Shown here: positions 47,083 through 56,195 of the stretch, in pieces
How positions within the stretch are numbered: the first letter of the stretch is position 1
How the letters are laid out: the number at the start of each line of letters is the position of its first letter
Assembly (NCBI GenBank): GCA_040876835.1
Contig: JBBDOX010000014.1
Coordinates: 1-60,583 of the forward strand
DNA: 60,583 nucleotides
Reading direction: 5' to 3'
Source of the DNA: Candidatus Anderseniibacteriota bacterium
GTDB lineage: Bacteria > Patescibacteriota > Andersenbacteria > UBA10190
Notes under the pieces: model-generated
Seen by the model: only the letters and a program-made list of their open reading frames with translations
What the model was told of the DNA's origin: nothing
Database searches by the model: none
Program-made: the position numbers and the translations under genes

Positions 47083-48162
47083 TCATTTCAACTTCTCAAT
47101 TTTCACTCCAACTAACCGTAAGAGTTCATGCTGGGGGTTTTCACGACTATCAAAGAAAGGAAGTAATAACTGCAAGGTTCGTGTGCGTAACGTTGCTGCA
47201 TCTGCGGTTGGTTGAGCTAGTGTTGTCTGCCGAGAGCGGGTGGTAAAATTTGAAAAACGGGCAGTAATACCAAGTGTGCGAAATGATTTGAAGCCGTCTT
47301 CGTGTAAGCGTTCGATTAAATAGTCACAGATGGAGAACATCTGGGGGATTAAGATACTAGCCTCCAAGGTGTCTTCACGTAATGTAATTTGCTCACTTAT
47401 GGATTTAGCGCGTGAATATTCGTACAGAGGAGAGGCATCGATACCGCGTACTTTGTTATAGAGATCACTACCCCATTTACCTAACAGGCTTTCTAGTTCC
47501 TCTGCCCCATACTGCTGCGCATCAGCTACGGTGCGAATATCGCACCGAGCTAGAAGCAGTTGTGTTTTCGGACCGACTCCGGGGATGGCGCGAATAGAAA
47601 GAGGCGCAAGGCGCGCTTGTGCCTCTGCTTCAGTGATTATTACCAGCCCATCAGGCTTATTCATGTCGGAACCTATCTTGGCTACCAGTTTGTTTGGTCC
47701 AATACCCACAGAGCACGTGAGCTGTTCTTTTTCATAAATTGCCTGCTTTATCTGCTTGGCAGTATTCTCCGCCGTTAATAGCGATCGGTGATTAGAGAGA
47801 TCAAAATATGCCTCATCCACACTGCGCTGCTGCATAGTAGGAGTGTGCTGCTTTATAACTTCCATGATTGATTTGGAAATTCGGCTGTATGTTTGAAAGC
47901 TTCCGGGCAAAAATACAGCCGCGGGCTTTCCCTGTTGTAATGCATATTGCGACAGACGCCACGCTTTGGTTATAGCCATAGCAGAATGAATGCCGTATTC
48001 GCGGGCTTTGTAGTTGGCAGTGGAAACGACTCCTCGTCCACGACCTTCTCGGGGGTCGGACCCTACGACGATCGGCATACCGGAAAACTGCGGATTATTC
48101 CGTTCTTCAATGGCTGCAAAGAATGCATCCATGTCTAGATGTCCGATGATTCGTGAAGGCAT
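47083..48162 (-). CDS. dinB: DNA polymerase IV (Y-family)
   Basis: IIGHLDMDAFFAAIEE, SVDEAYFDL. The ORF opens at TTG 48201; ATG 48162 is preferred. Confidence 0.9.
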   Translation of the reverse strand: MPSRIIGHLDMDAFFAAIEERNNPQFSGMPIVVGSDPREGRGRGVVSTANYKAREYGIHSAMAITKAWRLSQYALQQGKPAAVFLPGSFQTYSRISKSIMEVIKQHTPTMQQRSVDEAYFDLSNHRSLLTAENTAKQIKQAIYEKEQLTCSVGIGPNKLVAKIGSDMNKPDGLVIITEAEAQARLAPLSIRAIPGVGPKTQLLLARCDIRTVADAQQYGAEELESLLGKWGSDLYNKVRGIDASPLYEYSRAKSISEQITLREDTLEASILIPQMFSICDYLIERLHEDGFKSFRTLGITARFSNFTTRSRQTTLAQPTADAATLRTRTLQLLLPFFDSRENPQHELLRLVGVKIEKLK

Positions 48163-48290
48163 GTTCGTGTTTAGTTCTAGTATACCTCTTTCCTCAAACA
48201 ACGGGTATGGAAGTCTTTTGCCGTACCGCCCTAAACCCTATGTATACGCATATATATAAAGTATTCGAGGTGTAGTGGTATACTGAATCC

Positions 48291-49637
48291 GTGGCTAAGA
48301 TAGAACACATTACAGCGCAAGAAGTGCTTGATTCCCGTGGTAATCCGACAGTGCAGGCGCTTGTAAGTTGCGAGGGCGGTTACGTTGGTAGCGCTATGCT
48401 CCCATCCGGTGCCTCAACTGGTAAATATGAAGCGCATGAACTGAGAGATGGAGACCCTAAGCGATATGGTGGTAAAGGAGTACTAGCGGCGGTGGCGAAT
48501 GTAAAAAATCAAATTCATGCCGCTCTGCTGGGAAAAGATACCGCTAACCAGACCAAACTTGATAAGACGCTGCTGGAACTAGACGGCACTCCTGATAAAT
48601 CCCGTTTAGGCGCTAACGCTATTTTGGCCGTGTCGCTGGCCTGTGCTCGAGCTGAAGCTGACTCTCAGGGCCTTCCTCTCTATTTATATCTCCAGCAACT
48701 ATTTCCCAAGCGAAAGCCCGTGATGCCGGTACCGCAGATGAATCTCATTAACGGCGGGCGACACGCCAGTAATGGCCTATCAATTCAGGAGTATCACGTT
48801 CTGCCTATTGGTTCGACAAACTTTGCAGAAGCCTTGCGCATGGGAGTGGAAATTCATCACGCATTACGGAATATTTTAGTGCAGGAAGGTTTTCAGGTAG
48901 AGGTTGGAGACGAAGGAGGCTTTGCCCCTAAGCTTAAATCAAGCGAAGAGGCATTTACCTTTTTAACCCGGGCCATTGAGCAGGCAGGATACGTGCCGGG
49001 CGTTGATGCATACTTAGGCATTGATGCGGCCGCGTCTGAATTCTATGACTCGGAAAAGCAGGTATATATGCTGGATGGTACGGCGCTGGCAGCCAACGAT
49101 CTTGCTTACCAATACAAAACCTGGCGAGAGCGCTACCCGTTAATATCAATTGAGGATCCGTTTACCGAGGACGCCTGGAGTGACTGGCAGCAGTTCATGA
49201 AGAACAACGGGCGGTATATACAGGTGGTGGGTGATGATCTGTATGTGACCAACACTACGCGCATTAGAGAAGGAATTGTGCGGGGGGCTACCAATGCGGT
49301 GCTCATTAAGCCCAACCAGATCGGCACACTTAGCGAAACGCTCCAGGCGATTCTCATCTCTCAAGAGGCCCAGCAGAATACAGTTATCTCTCATCGGTCG
49401 GGAGAAACGGAAGATCACTTTATTTCTGACCTCGCGGTAGCGGTTAGCGCCGGACAGATTAAAACGGGAGCACCGATACGTTCAGACCGAACGGCTAAGT
49501 ATAACCGGCTATTGCAGATTGAGGATGAACTGGGAGAAATACGTTTAAGTCACAACCTGCAGCCCTTCCTTGAGCACCAGAGGCCGGCTTATGAAGCGGC
49601 CGCCGGAGTAGAGGTGCATGCCGGCCGGGCACTGTGA
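48291..49637 (+). CDS. eno: Enolase
   Basis: ITAQEVLDSRGNPTV, SHRSGETED; GTG start. Confidence 0.95.
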   Translation: MAKIEHITAQEVLDSRGNPTVQALVSCEGGYVGSAMLPSGASTGKYEAHELRDGDPKRYGGKGVLAAVANVKNQIHAALLGKDTANQTKLDKTLLELDGTPDKSRLGANAILAVSLACARAEADSQGLPLYLYLQQLFPKRKPVMPVPQMNLINGGRHASNGLSIQEYHVLPIGSTNFAEALRMGVEIHHALRNILVQEGFQVEVGDEGGFAPKLKSSEEAFTFLTRAIEQAGYVPGVDAYLGIDAAASEFYDSEKQVYMLDGTALAANDLAYQYKTWRERYPLISIEDPFTEDAWSDWQQFMKNNGRYIQVVGDDLYVTNTTRIREGIVRGATNAVLIKPNQIGTLSETLQAILISQEAQQNTVISHRSGETEDHFISDLAVAVSAGQIKTGAPIRSDRTAKYNRLLQIEDELGEIRLSHNLQPFLEHQRPAYEAAAGVEVHAGRAL

Positions 49638-49664
49638 TATACTATTTTCCATTAACCATCCTTC

Positions 49665-50096
49665 ATGAGTGATCAGGGGCACAACGCAATATGGGAACAC
49701 CGGCAGGCGGAGCTCTGGGACCGGATTTTTCAGGTTACGCAGGACGTCGTAACGCTCGCTGATGTACTGGATGATTCGGTGGGAGCGAATGTGATGAGGC
49801 AAGAGATGGTGAAGTCAGCCATGGGTGTAGGCAAATATCTGGTGCGGGGTACCGCGGCAGATAACGAGAAGGATTTTGAAAAGTATGTGGTGGAAGCACG
49901 TATGAAAGCGATCGAAACTGATTACTGGCTGCGACTGGCATACATTGTCCAGCAGCGTGAAGATGTACAGCGTGATCTGTCCAGTATTATCACTCAGTAC
50001 TCGGGAATCATAGATTTATTGTACAAAATGGCTCGACATGTTAATCGCAAACACGATTTTTCACAGCATGCCCGAGGGCCCAAAGTGAACTTGTGA
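49665..50096 (+). CDS. Four-helix-bundle protein (23S rRNA intervening-sequence protein / Avd-like family)
   Basis: Helical 143-aa ORF; MVKSAMGVGKYLVRGTAADNEKDFEKYVVEARMKAIETDYWLRLA resembles that family's central motif. Confidence 0.55.
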   Translation: MSDQGHNAIWEHRQAELWDRIFQVTQDVVTLADVLDDSVGANVMRQEMVKSAMGVGKYLVRGTAADNEKDFEKYVVEARMKAIETDYWLRLAYIVQQREDVQRDLSSIITQYSGIIDLLYKMARHVNRKHDFSQHARGPKVNL

Positions 50097-51778
50097 AGAG
50101 CGAATGGCAGGTGCGACCTGGAGGGGAAAGTCGAGTATCAACACTCGCCGATTTAGAGCATTTGCTGTATCAGCAGCGCAGTCTTGATGCAGCTGCGCGC
50201 GAAGCTTTTTTACAGCCCGTATATACGCGCGATATTCACGATCCACACCTGCTGTATGGGATGCAGGAGGCGGTTGATCGGATTTACCGTACCGTTGAAA
50301 AGGATGAACGCATCTTGGTATACGGCGACTACGACGTGGATGGCATCAGCTCTACCGCTATTATGGTTTCGGCTTTACAGGATATCGGGGCCAATGTTAC
50401 GCCTTACCTGCCGCATCGGACTGATGACGGCTACGGTGTGAACCGAGCAGTGCTTGAAAAACTGGAACGCGAGTTTGATCTGCTGATTACGGTTGATTGC
50501 GGTGTGAGTAACGTGGAGGAAATTAACTGGTTAGCTAGTAAGGGTAAGGATACGATTGTAGTGGATCATCATGAGCTACCCAAGGAGCTTCCCGCCGCTC
50601 GAGCTATTCTCCATCCGCGTCATCCAAAGGGATCCTACCCCTGGCCGAGTCTGTGTGGAGCGGGTATGAGCTGGAAATTATCCCAGGCACTGCTGCGCGA
50701 TGAGCGTTCTCCTTATGCAAAAGATCCTGATCGGGAAAAGTGGCTGCTGGATTTAGCGCTGCTAGGAACAATTGGGGATGTTATGCCGCTACTGGGAGAA
50801 AATCGGGTAATTGTAAAATTCGGGATTGAAGTTCTGCGTCGGACACGCAGGCCAGGATTGCAAGCGCTACTTGATGGCGCCAACCTATCACGCGGGTCCT
50901 TACGGGTGCAGGACATTGCTTTTCGAGTTATTCCTCTCATTAACGCTGCCGGACGCATTGATCATCCTCAGGCTGCGCTCGATCTTCTACTAGCGCCGAA
51001 TATGACGCGAGCTATTCAGTGCGCGACAGAGCTGATGTCTTTAAATAAAGAACGGCAAGCGATAACGCGGCGCATTGTCCAGGAGGCCGAACGTCAGGTA
51101 GACCCTCGCTCCTCGATTGTGTTTGCAGCTGATACCACCTGGCCGGCGGGAATTGTGGGGCTGGTGGCCGGACAATTGGCCTCTAAATTTTCTCGTCCCG
51201 CCTTCATCCTTGGTGGTAACGGCAAACATGCTGTGGGTTCGGCCCGTACAGCAAACAGGATTAATATTCTGGAAGGATTGCGAACGGCAGAGGAGTATAC
51301 GCTTAAATTAGGTGGCCACATTCAGGCCGCAGGATTTTCTGTGGAAGAGACAAATATTGCAGCGTTTCGAGAGCAATTGCAGGTATATTTTGATAAGTTG
51401 CCGGAACCAGCTGGCGCTGGCAAAACATTTACGGCTGATGCACTGGTGGACCCAGCCCTGCTAAGTTGGGAGACAAATCGGTTGCTGGAGCAATTTGCTC
51501 CATTTGGCGAAGCCAATCCTGCCCCATTATTTGTTCTGGAGAATATGTCAGTTCTGGACGTGCGCCCTGTGGGGAAAGAAGGCAAACACGTAAAGCTGAC
51601 TCTGGCTACTCAAGCGGGCCGTGTGGATGCGATTGGGTTTGGATTAGGGGATCGCTTGGGGAGCATTGATAAAGAAGTTGATGTGCTGGGTAGCTTGGAA
51701 ACAAATGAGTTCCGAGGATCAGTGCGACTGCAGTTAAGTCTTAAGGATGTGAATACAGAACAAGTACTGGTGCGGTAG
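50093..51778 (+). CDS. recJ: Single-stranded-DNA-specific exonuclease RecJ
   Basis: ILVYGDYDVDGISS, ITVDCG, VVDHH (DHH), GGHIQAAG (DHHA1). Confidence 0.9.
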   Translation: MKSEWQVRPGGESRVSTLADLEHLLYQQRSLDAAAREAFLQPVYTRDIHDPHLLYGMQEAVDRIYRTVEKDERILVYGDYDVDGISSTAIMVSALQDIGANVTPYLPHRTDDGYGVNRAVLEKLEREFDLLITVDCGVSNVEEINWLASKGKDTIVVDHHELPKELPAARAILHPRHPKGSYPWPSLCGAGMSWKLSQALLRDERSPYAKDPDREKWLLDLALLGTIGDVMPLLGENRVIVKFGIEVLRRTRRPGLQALLDGANLSRGSLRVQDIAFRVIPLINAAGRIDHPQAALDLLLAPNMTRAIQCATELMSLNKERQAITRRIVQEAERQVDPRSSIVFAADTTWPAGIVGLVAGQLASKFSRPAFILGGNGKHAVGSARTANRINILEGLRTAEEYTLKLGGHIQAAGFSVEETNIAAFREQLQVYFDKLPEPAGAGKTFTADALVDPALLSWETNRLLEQFAPFGEANPAPLFVLENMSVLDVRPVGKEGKHVKLTLATQAGRVDAIGFGLGDRLGSIDKEVDVLGSLETNEFRGSVRLQLSLKDVNTEQVLVR

Positions 51779-51821
51779 TACCGTAAGGGGTGGTTATGAT
51801 ATGCTGTTTGTATAAGCACTA

Positions 51822-52361
51822 ATGAATTGTTCTATGGCGCGTAAAAACTCATTTATTACACATGATTGGGGAACGATAATTACTATTGTAGTAGGATTAT
51901 TGTTAGTTTTTGGAGCAGTTGTATTTTACCCTTACGAGGGAGCAGTTGCTGATAACGAATATACTCAAGAACATTACGTCTCCTGGCTTACCTTTATTGC
52001 GGGGTTCTTTATCGTCGGAGTAGGAGGATGTATACATGCGCTTCGTAGAGCAGGTTTAGCTACAAGTAAAACGAATGTCGATGTTGTTCTTTTGAGTAAG
52101 CGGGCATCCGCTGTTCTTGGAGGAGTAGTGGTGAGTATGCTCGTATCAAAAGGGCTGCACGTATTGCTTGCCGAAGCTGGTCTTCTGGAAGAGCGGTTTA
52201 TAAGCGCCTTTATATTTCTTGGTCTTCCTTTATTAATCCATTATGTAGGGTTCCGGTTTGCTTTGAAAAAGAAATACCTTTGGTTTGGCATGGCTTTTGT
52301 GCTTACGTACTTAGCCTGGCTTGCATATGGATTTGGTAGTGTCATACAGAGCTTGTCCTAA
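51822..52361 (+). CDS. Hypothetical membrane protein (about 5 TM helices)
   Basis: Hydrophobic 179-aa ORF; no motif recognised. Confidence 0.5.
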   Translation: MNCSMARKNSFITHDWGTIITIVVGLLLVFGAVVFYPYEGAVADNEYTQEHYVSWLTFIAGFFIVGVGGCIHALRRAGLATSKTNVDVVLLSKRASAVLGGVVVSMLVSKGLHVLLAEAGLLEERFISAFIFLGLPLLIHYVGFRFALKKKYLWFGMAFVLTYLAWLAYGFGSVIQSLS

Positions 52362-52769
52362 GTGTCAGATATACAAGCCATACTGCATACTGACGGAGGC
52401 GCGCGCGGCAATCCAGGACCGGCAGGAATTGGATATGTTTTGGTTATTGAAGATGATGCCAAAATTGAACATGGAGAATACATTGGTGAGAAAACAAACA
52501 ACTACGCGGAGTATATGGCCCTTATTAAAGGACTAGAGCGAGCTCATCAAGAGAAAGTGACAGACATTAAATGTTATCTGGATAGTGAGTTGGTGGTTAA
52601 ACAACTGAAGGGTCAGTATCGGGTTAAGCATCCGGATTTAAAGCCGCTGTTTGAACAGGTAAAAGAGGTGGCCGAAGATTTTAATACAATTTCATATACA
52701 CATATTCCACGAGCCAAGAACAAGGGAGCGGATAAGCTGGTGAACTGGGCGCTGGATAAGGCGAAATAA
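52362..52769 (+). CDS. rnhA: Ribonuclease HI
   Basis: LHTDGGARGNPGPAGIGYVL, NNYAEYMALIKGLE, PRAKNKGADKL; GTG start. Confidence 0.85.
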   Translation: MSDIQAILHTDGGARGNPGPAGIGYVLVIEDDAKIEHGEYIGEKTNNYAEYMALIKGLERAHQEKVTDIKCYLDSELVVKQLKGQYRVKHPDLKPLFEQVKEVAEDFNTISYTHIPRAKNKGADKLVNWALDKAK

Positions 52770-52789
52770 AAAACGGCCTGGCAGACAGC

Positions 52790-53278
52790 TCAGGCTTGTT
52801 CGCGGGAAAAGCTTTTGTGGAGCTCTTCCTGAATAGCAGTGTGCAGCTTCTCTGCCAGGTATTCGATGAGAACATCGGGCCTGACAGTCACTTTCCGAAA
52901 GCGAGGATCTCGAAACATGAGGTTGAAACCTTCGCTTTCATGCCCCCGGACGTCCGTACGGAACAGAATGACCGGCTTGCCAAGGTTCAATGCCGCTTCC
53001 GCTTCGAGAGCAGTGCCGTCATCGGCGATGGGACCGTCGAAGTTGGCGACCAGGACGTCGCTCCTCTCAATCTCCGACCGGCAGGTTTGCCATACGAGAT
53101 CTGGATCCTGCGGTGCACCCAAGCTTTGGGGGAGATGGACCGTGTAGGAATGGATAGTCTGCAGAGCTTTCTTCAGATCGCAGTTGAAGCGTTGATCAGC
53201 CATTCCAAAGAGTGGACCTGCCAAGTAAACACGCGTCTGCGGCTCGTGGACCCCATTCATCCCGAAGATGGTCTGCAT
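52790..53278 (-). CDS. Nucleoside 2-deoxyribosyltransferase-like protein; G/C-ending codons
   Basis: VYLAGPLF ... SDVLVANFDGPIADDGTALEAEAALNLGKPVILFRTD matches the family pattern. Confidence 0.6.
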   Translation of the reverse strand: MQTIFGMNGVHEPQTRVYLAGPLFGMADQRFNCDLKKALQTIHSYTVHLPQSLGAPQDPDLVWQTCRSEIERSDVLVANFDGPIADDGTALEAEAALNLGKPVILFRTDVRGHESEGFNLMFRDPRFRKVTVRPDVLIEYLAEKLHTAIQEELHKSFSREQA

Positions 53279-53408
53279 GTTAAAGGTGCCTCTTCTTTGC
53301 TGTTGTGGTGATAACAGAAGAGCATTACATCATACTCTTCTATTAATTAATCTATCAAGGATTTGAGTGTAAATGAAAAAGCACGCACAGCCTTGGCTGT
53401 AAACGTGC

Positions 53409-53996
53409 CTAGATTCTATTCCATGCGACGTAGGAGGGAATTGCTCCTCCCAACTCCCACGTCTGGAAGATTTTCATTCCGCGGCACCAAAGCTGCGTGG
53501 AGTTAGGACAGCACTCGATGCCACGTGTTTCCACGTGGACCACAGTGCCACCGAGCTTTTCCCATGCCCAATGGACACGGGGCACGTGATCGGTATAGCC
53601 AACTAAGCTAGCTTCCGTACCCCACTCGTGTTGAACGCAGACCTCCTTAGCGTGCTTAAGCGAATCTGCCGAGTGGTAGTGGATTCCCTCCACTTTCTCA
53701 TTCGGCCCAGGTAGATACACCACCTGATCCATGTTCACGGTCCCGAGATCGCGGATCGCTTCGTACACTTCCTTCTGAGCAATGATTGGCTTGCCCGTTG
53801 CCTGATGCAACTCAGCAGCTGCACGAGCAATCTGTTTGTTACTCCTGCCCGGCTCTCCGTTGGGGCCGATGCCAAACGTAAGAGCGATGATCACATCAGC
53901 CCTCTTTGCCTTATACAGGCTGTACGGAGGTGTATAGATGTACCAGCGCCACCAGTACTGTGGCACAAGAACAAGCCTATGCGGTTGAAAGGACAT
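53409..53996 (-). CDS. Hypothetical protein, DUF218/YdcF-like pattern; G/C-ending codons
   Basis: GGAGGAG SD (53999-54005). ADVIIALTFG...ARAAAELHQATGKPIIAQ ... LVGYTDHVPRVHWAWEKLG resembles DUF218; this is a low-confidence family call. Confidence 0.5.
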   Translation of the reverse strand: MSFQPHRLVLVPQYWWRWYIYTPPYSLYKAKRADVIIALTFGIGPNGEPGRSNKQIARAAAELHQATGKPIIAQKEVYEAIRDLGTVNMDQVVYLPGPNEKVEGIHYHSADSLKHAKEVCVQHEWGTEASLVGYTDHVPRVHWAWEKLGGTVVHVETRGIECCPNSTQLWCRGMKIFQTWELGGAIPSYVAWNRI

Positions 53997-54060
53997 GTCT
54001 CCTCCATTATTCTGGGGTTGTTGAAACTTTAGAGACTTTGCACACCTTACATAGGAATCC

Positions 54061-54088
54061 TTGACACGTCAATAATTTGTAGTATTAT
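54061..54088 (+). promoter_or_regulatory. rnpB promoter
   Basis: TTGACA(54061-54066)-16 nt-TATTAT(54083-54088). Confidence 0.55.
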
Positions 54089-54094
54089 GTTCAG

Positions 54095-54513
54095 GCAAGA
54101 TAGGTGAACGATTGCTCTGCGTGAATAGCGTGGAGAGGAAAGTCCGGACACCTAGTTGTTTACAACTATCAAGGGTGGCAGATAACGTCTGCCGGGCGTA
54201 AGCCTAGGGACTGGAAAGGTGCTTTTAGAAGGATACTCTTCACGTGAATATCTTTCTTTAAAATCCGAGTACGGCGAAGAGCGCAACAGAAACATACCGC
54301 CTGCATTTTGCAGGTAAGGATGAAATCGTGAGGTAAGAGCTCACGCGGGCGCATGGAAACATGCGCGCGGGGCAAACCCCACCCGGTGCAACTCCAAGCA
54401 GTGCTTGTCTTATTAAGACGGGCCGGTAGGAGGCAATGAGATGCGTAGCGATGCGTATCATAAGATAGATGATCGTTTTCAAAGACAGAATCCGGCTTAC
54501 AGCTTATCTTGTA
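54095..54513 (+). ncRNA. rnpB: RNase P RNA, bacterial type A
   Basis: GAGGAAAGTCCGGAC, GCAACAGAAACATACCGCC, GGTAAGAGCTCAC, GCAAACCCCACCCGGTGCAA, ACAGAATCCGGCTTA. P1 pairing caagatagg / cttatcttg. Confidence 0.9.
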
Positions 54514-54515
54514 CC

Positions 54516-54545
54516 AAACACCCCTCACGGGGTGTTTGTGTTTTC
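54516..54545 (+). terminator. Intrinsic terminator after rnpB
   Basis: aaacacccc-tcac-ggggtgttt followed by gtgtttt. Confidence 0.7.
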
Positions 54546-54684
54546 TGTATGGTTGCGGGAGAGTACTGCGCCCTCATATACTTACAGGCAGATGCAAGCC
54601 CCTGTTGACAAAGTAGTATAATATTGGCAAGATACCATCTTCGTTTATTCTCGAACCTAGTTTCTTAATTCCTGTTTTTCGTCC

Positions 54685-56109
54685 ATGAAACGATCAGAAT
54701 TATTTTTTGGTGCCATCCTCGTTCCGCTCGACTTCATCGCTCTGCTTATCGCAGGGGCGTTGGCATACTACTTACGTACGAGCGGACCGATTCAGGAACT
54801 GCGTCCTGCCACCTTTGAACTTGATCTGCCCCTGACTGAATATATACAGCTGGTGGCTGTAGTGGCGGCAGTTATTATTATCATTTTTGCGGTGCAGGGA
54901 TTGTATACCCTACAAGTTACTCGTAAGGCACTCGACGAGTTTACCAAGATTTTTTCGGGGATCTCTATTGGAATCATGTTGGTTGTCTTGTACATCTTCT
55001 TGAGTGCCGAACTGTTTCAGTCACGCTTTATTTTACTGGCAGCTTACGGCTTTGCCATTATCATGGTTTCTTTCGGACGATATTTTGTGAAACGCATGCA
55101 ACAGGTACTGCTACGGCGCGGGATGGGAGTTCATCGAGTTGTACTGGCCGGTAACGGAAAATTTGCCACACAGTTAACAGAGCTGTTTAAGCGTCGGCCG
55201 GACCTGGGTTACAAGGTCGTCGGAGACATTGAGACCATTACCTGGAGTGCCCTGGAAGATGTCTATCGCCGGCAGGGGATTGATGAGGTAATTCAGACGA
55301 ATCCCAACATGACTGAAACGGACAATGTGGTAGTGCTGGATTTCTGCGAACAGTACAAGGTGGATTACAAGTATATTCCTAACACGTTTGAAGCTCATTC
55401 TGTAAACGTACGGTTTCGCCAGGTTGGACCGATTCCGCTGCTAGAGCTGCAACGCACTCCGCTAGAAGGCTGGGGCCGTATTGCCAAGCGGACAACGGAT
55501 ATCATTGGGGCGGCACTAGGGATTACGTTCCTCTCTCCAGTCTTCCTGGTTACGACGTTACTTATTAAGCGAGAGTCTCCAGGGCCCGTCTTTTATCGTC
55601 AGATTCGAATTGGAAAGAATATGAAGCCGTTTGAAATCTTTAAGTTTCGCAGTATGTACCTGGAATACTGTGTGGGAGCACGCTACGGCGGTAAGGCGGC
55701 GGAGAAAAAATATGAGGAGCTGCGTCAGCGTATGAATGAACGCAAAGACGGCCCGCTGTTTAAAATGAAAGATGATCCGCGGATTACCAAAGTCGGACGT
55801 GCCATTCGCAGACTTCGCATTGATGAGCTTCCTCAGCTGTTCAATGTATTAGTCGGCGACATGAGTTTATTCGGTCCCCGTCCGCATTTGCCGGAGGAAG
55901 TGCAGAAGTATGATAAGCATCATCGTAAACTGTTTACGCTTAAGCCCGGTATGTCAGGAATGGCCCAAGTAGCAGGCAATGCCGGACTGCCATTTAAAGA
56001 AGAAGCGCGTCTCGATATTGCCTATATCGAAAACTGGTCGCTATGGCTGGATATTGTGTTACTACTCAAAACGTTGCGCATTGTGTTTACGGATAAGAAC
56101 GCGGTTTGA
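54685..56109 (+). CDS. Polyprenyl-phosphate sugar phosphotransferase (WbaP/bacterial sugar transferase family)
   Basis: N-terminal TM bundle; C-terminal PGPVFYRQIRIGKN, FKFRSM, DELPQLFNVLVGDMSLFGPRP. Confidence 0.88.
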   Translation: MKRSELFFGAILVPLDFIALLIAGALAYYLRTSGPIQELRPATFELDLPLTEYIQLVAVVAAVIIIIFAVQGLYTLQVTRKALDEFTKIFSGISIGIMLVVLYIFLSAELFQSRFILLAAYGFAIIMVSFGRYFVKRMQQVLLRRGMGVHRVVLAGNGKFATQLTELFKRRPDLGYKVVGDIETITWSALEDVYRRQGIDEVIQTNPNMTETDNVVVLDFCEQYKVDYKYIPNTFEAHSVNVRFRQVGPIPLLELQRTPLEGWGRIAKRTTDIIGAALGITFLSPVFLVTTLLIKRESPGPVFYRQIRIGKNMKPFEIFKFRSMYLEYCVGARYGGKAAEKKYEELRQRMNERKDGPLFKMKDDPRITKVGRAIRRLRIDELPQLFNVLVGDMSLFGPRPHLPEEVQKYDKHHRKLFTLKPGMSGMAQVAGNAGLPFKEEARLDIAYIENWSLWLDIVLLLKTLRIVFTDKNAV

Positions 56110-56195
56110 CACATATACATAAAAGCACAAACTTTTTTGGAAATCTGCCCAGCTTGCTCACAAGGACGAAATGGCATTAAAACCACAACGATACT

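Noticed and set aside
54169-54528. Minus-strand ORFs of 119 and 74 aa
   Set aside because: They lie entirely inside the RNase P RNA gene.
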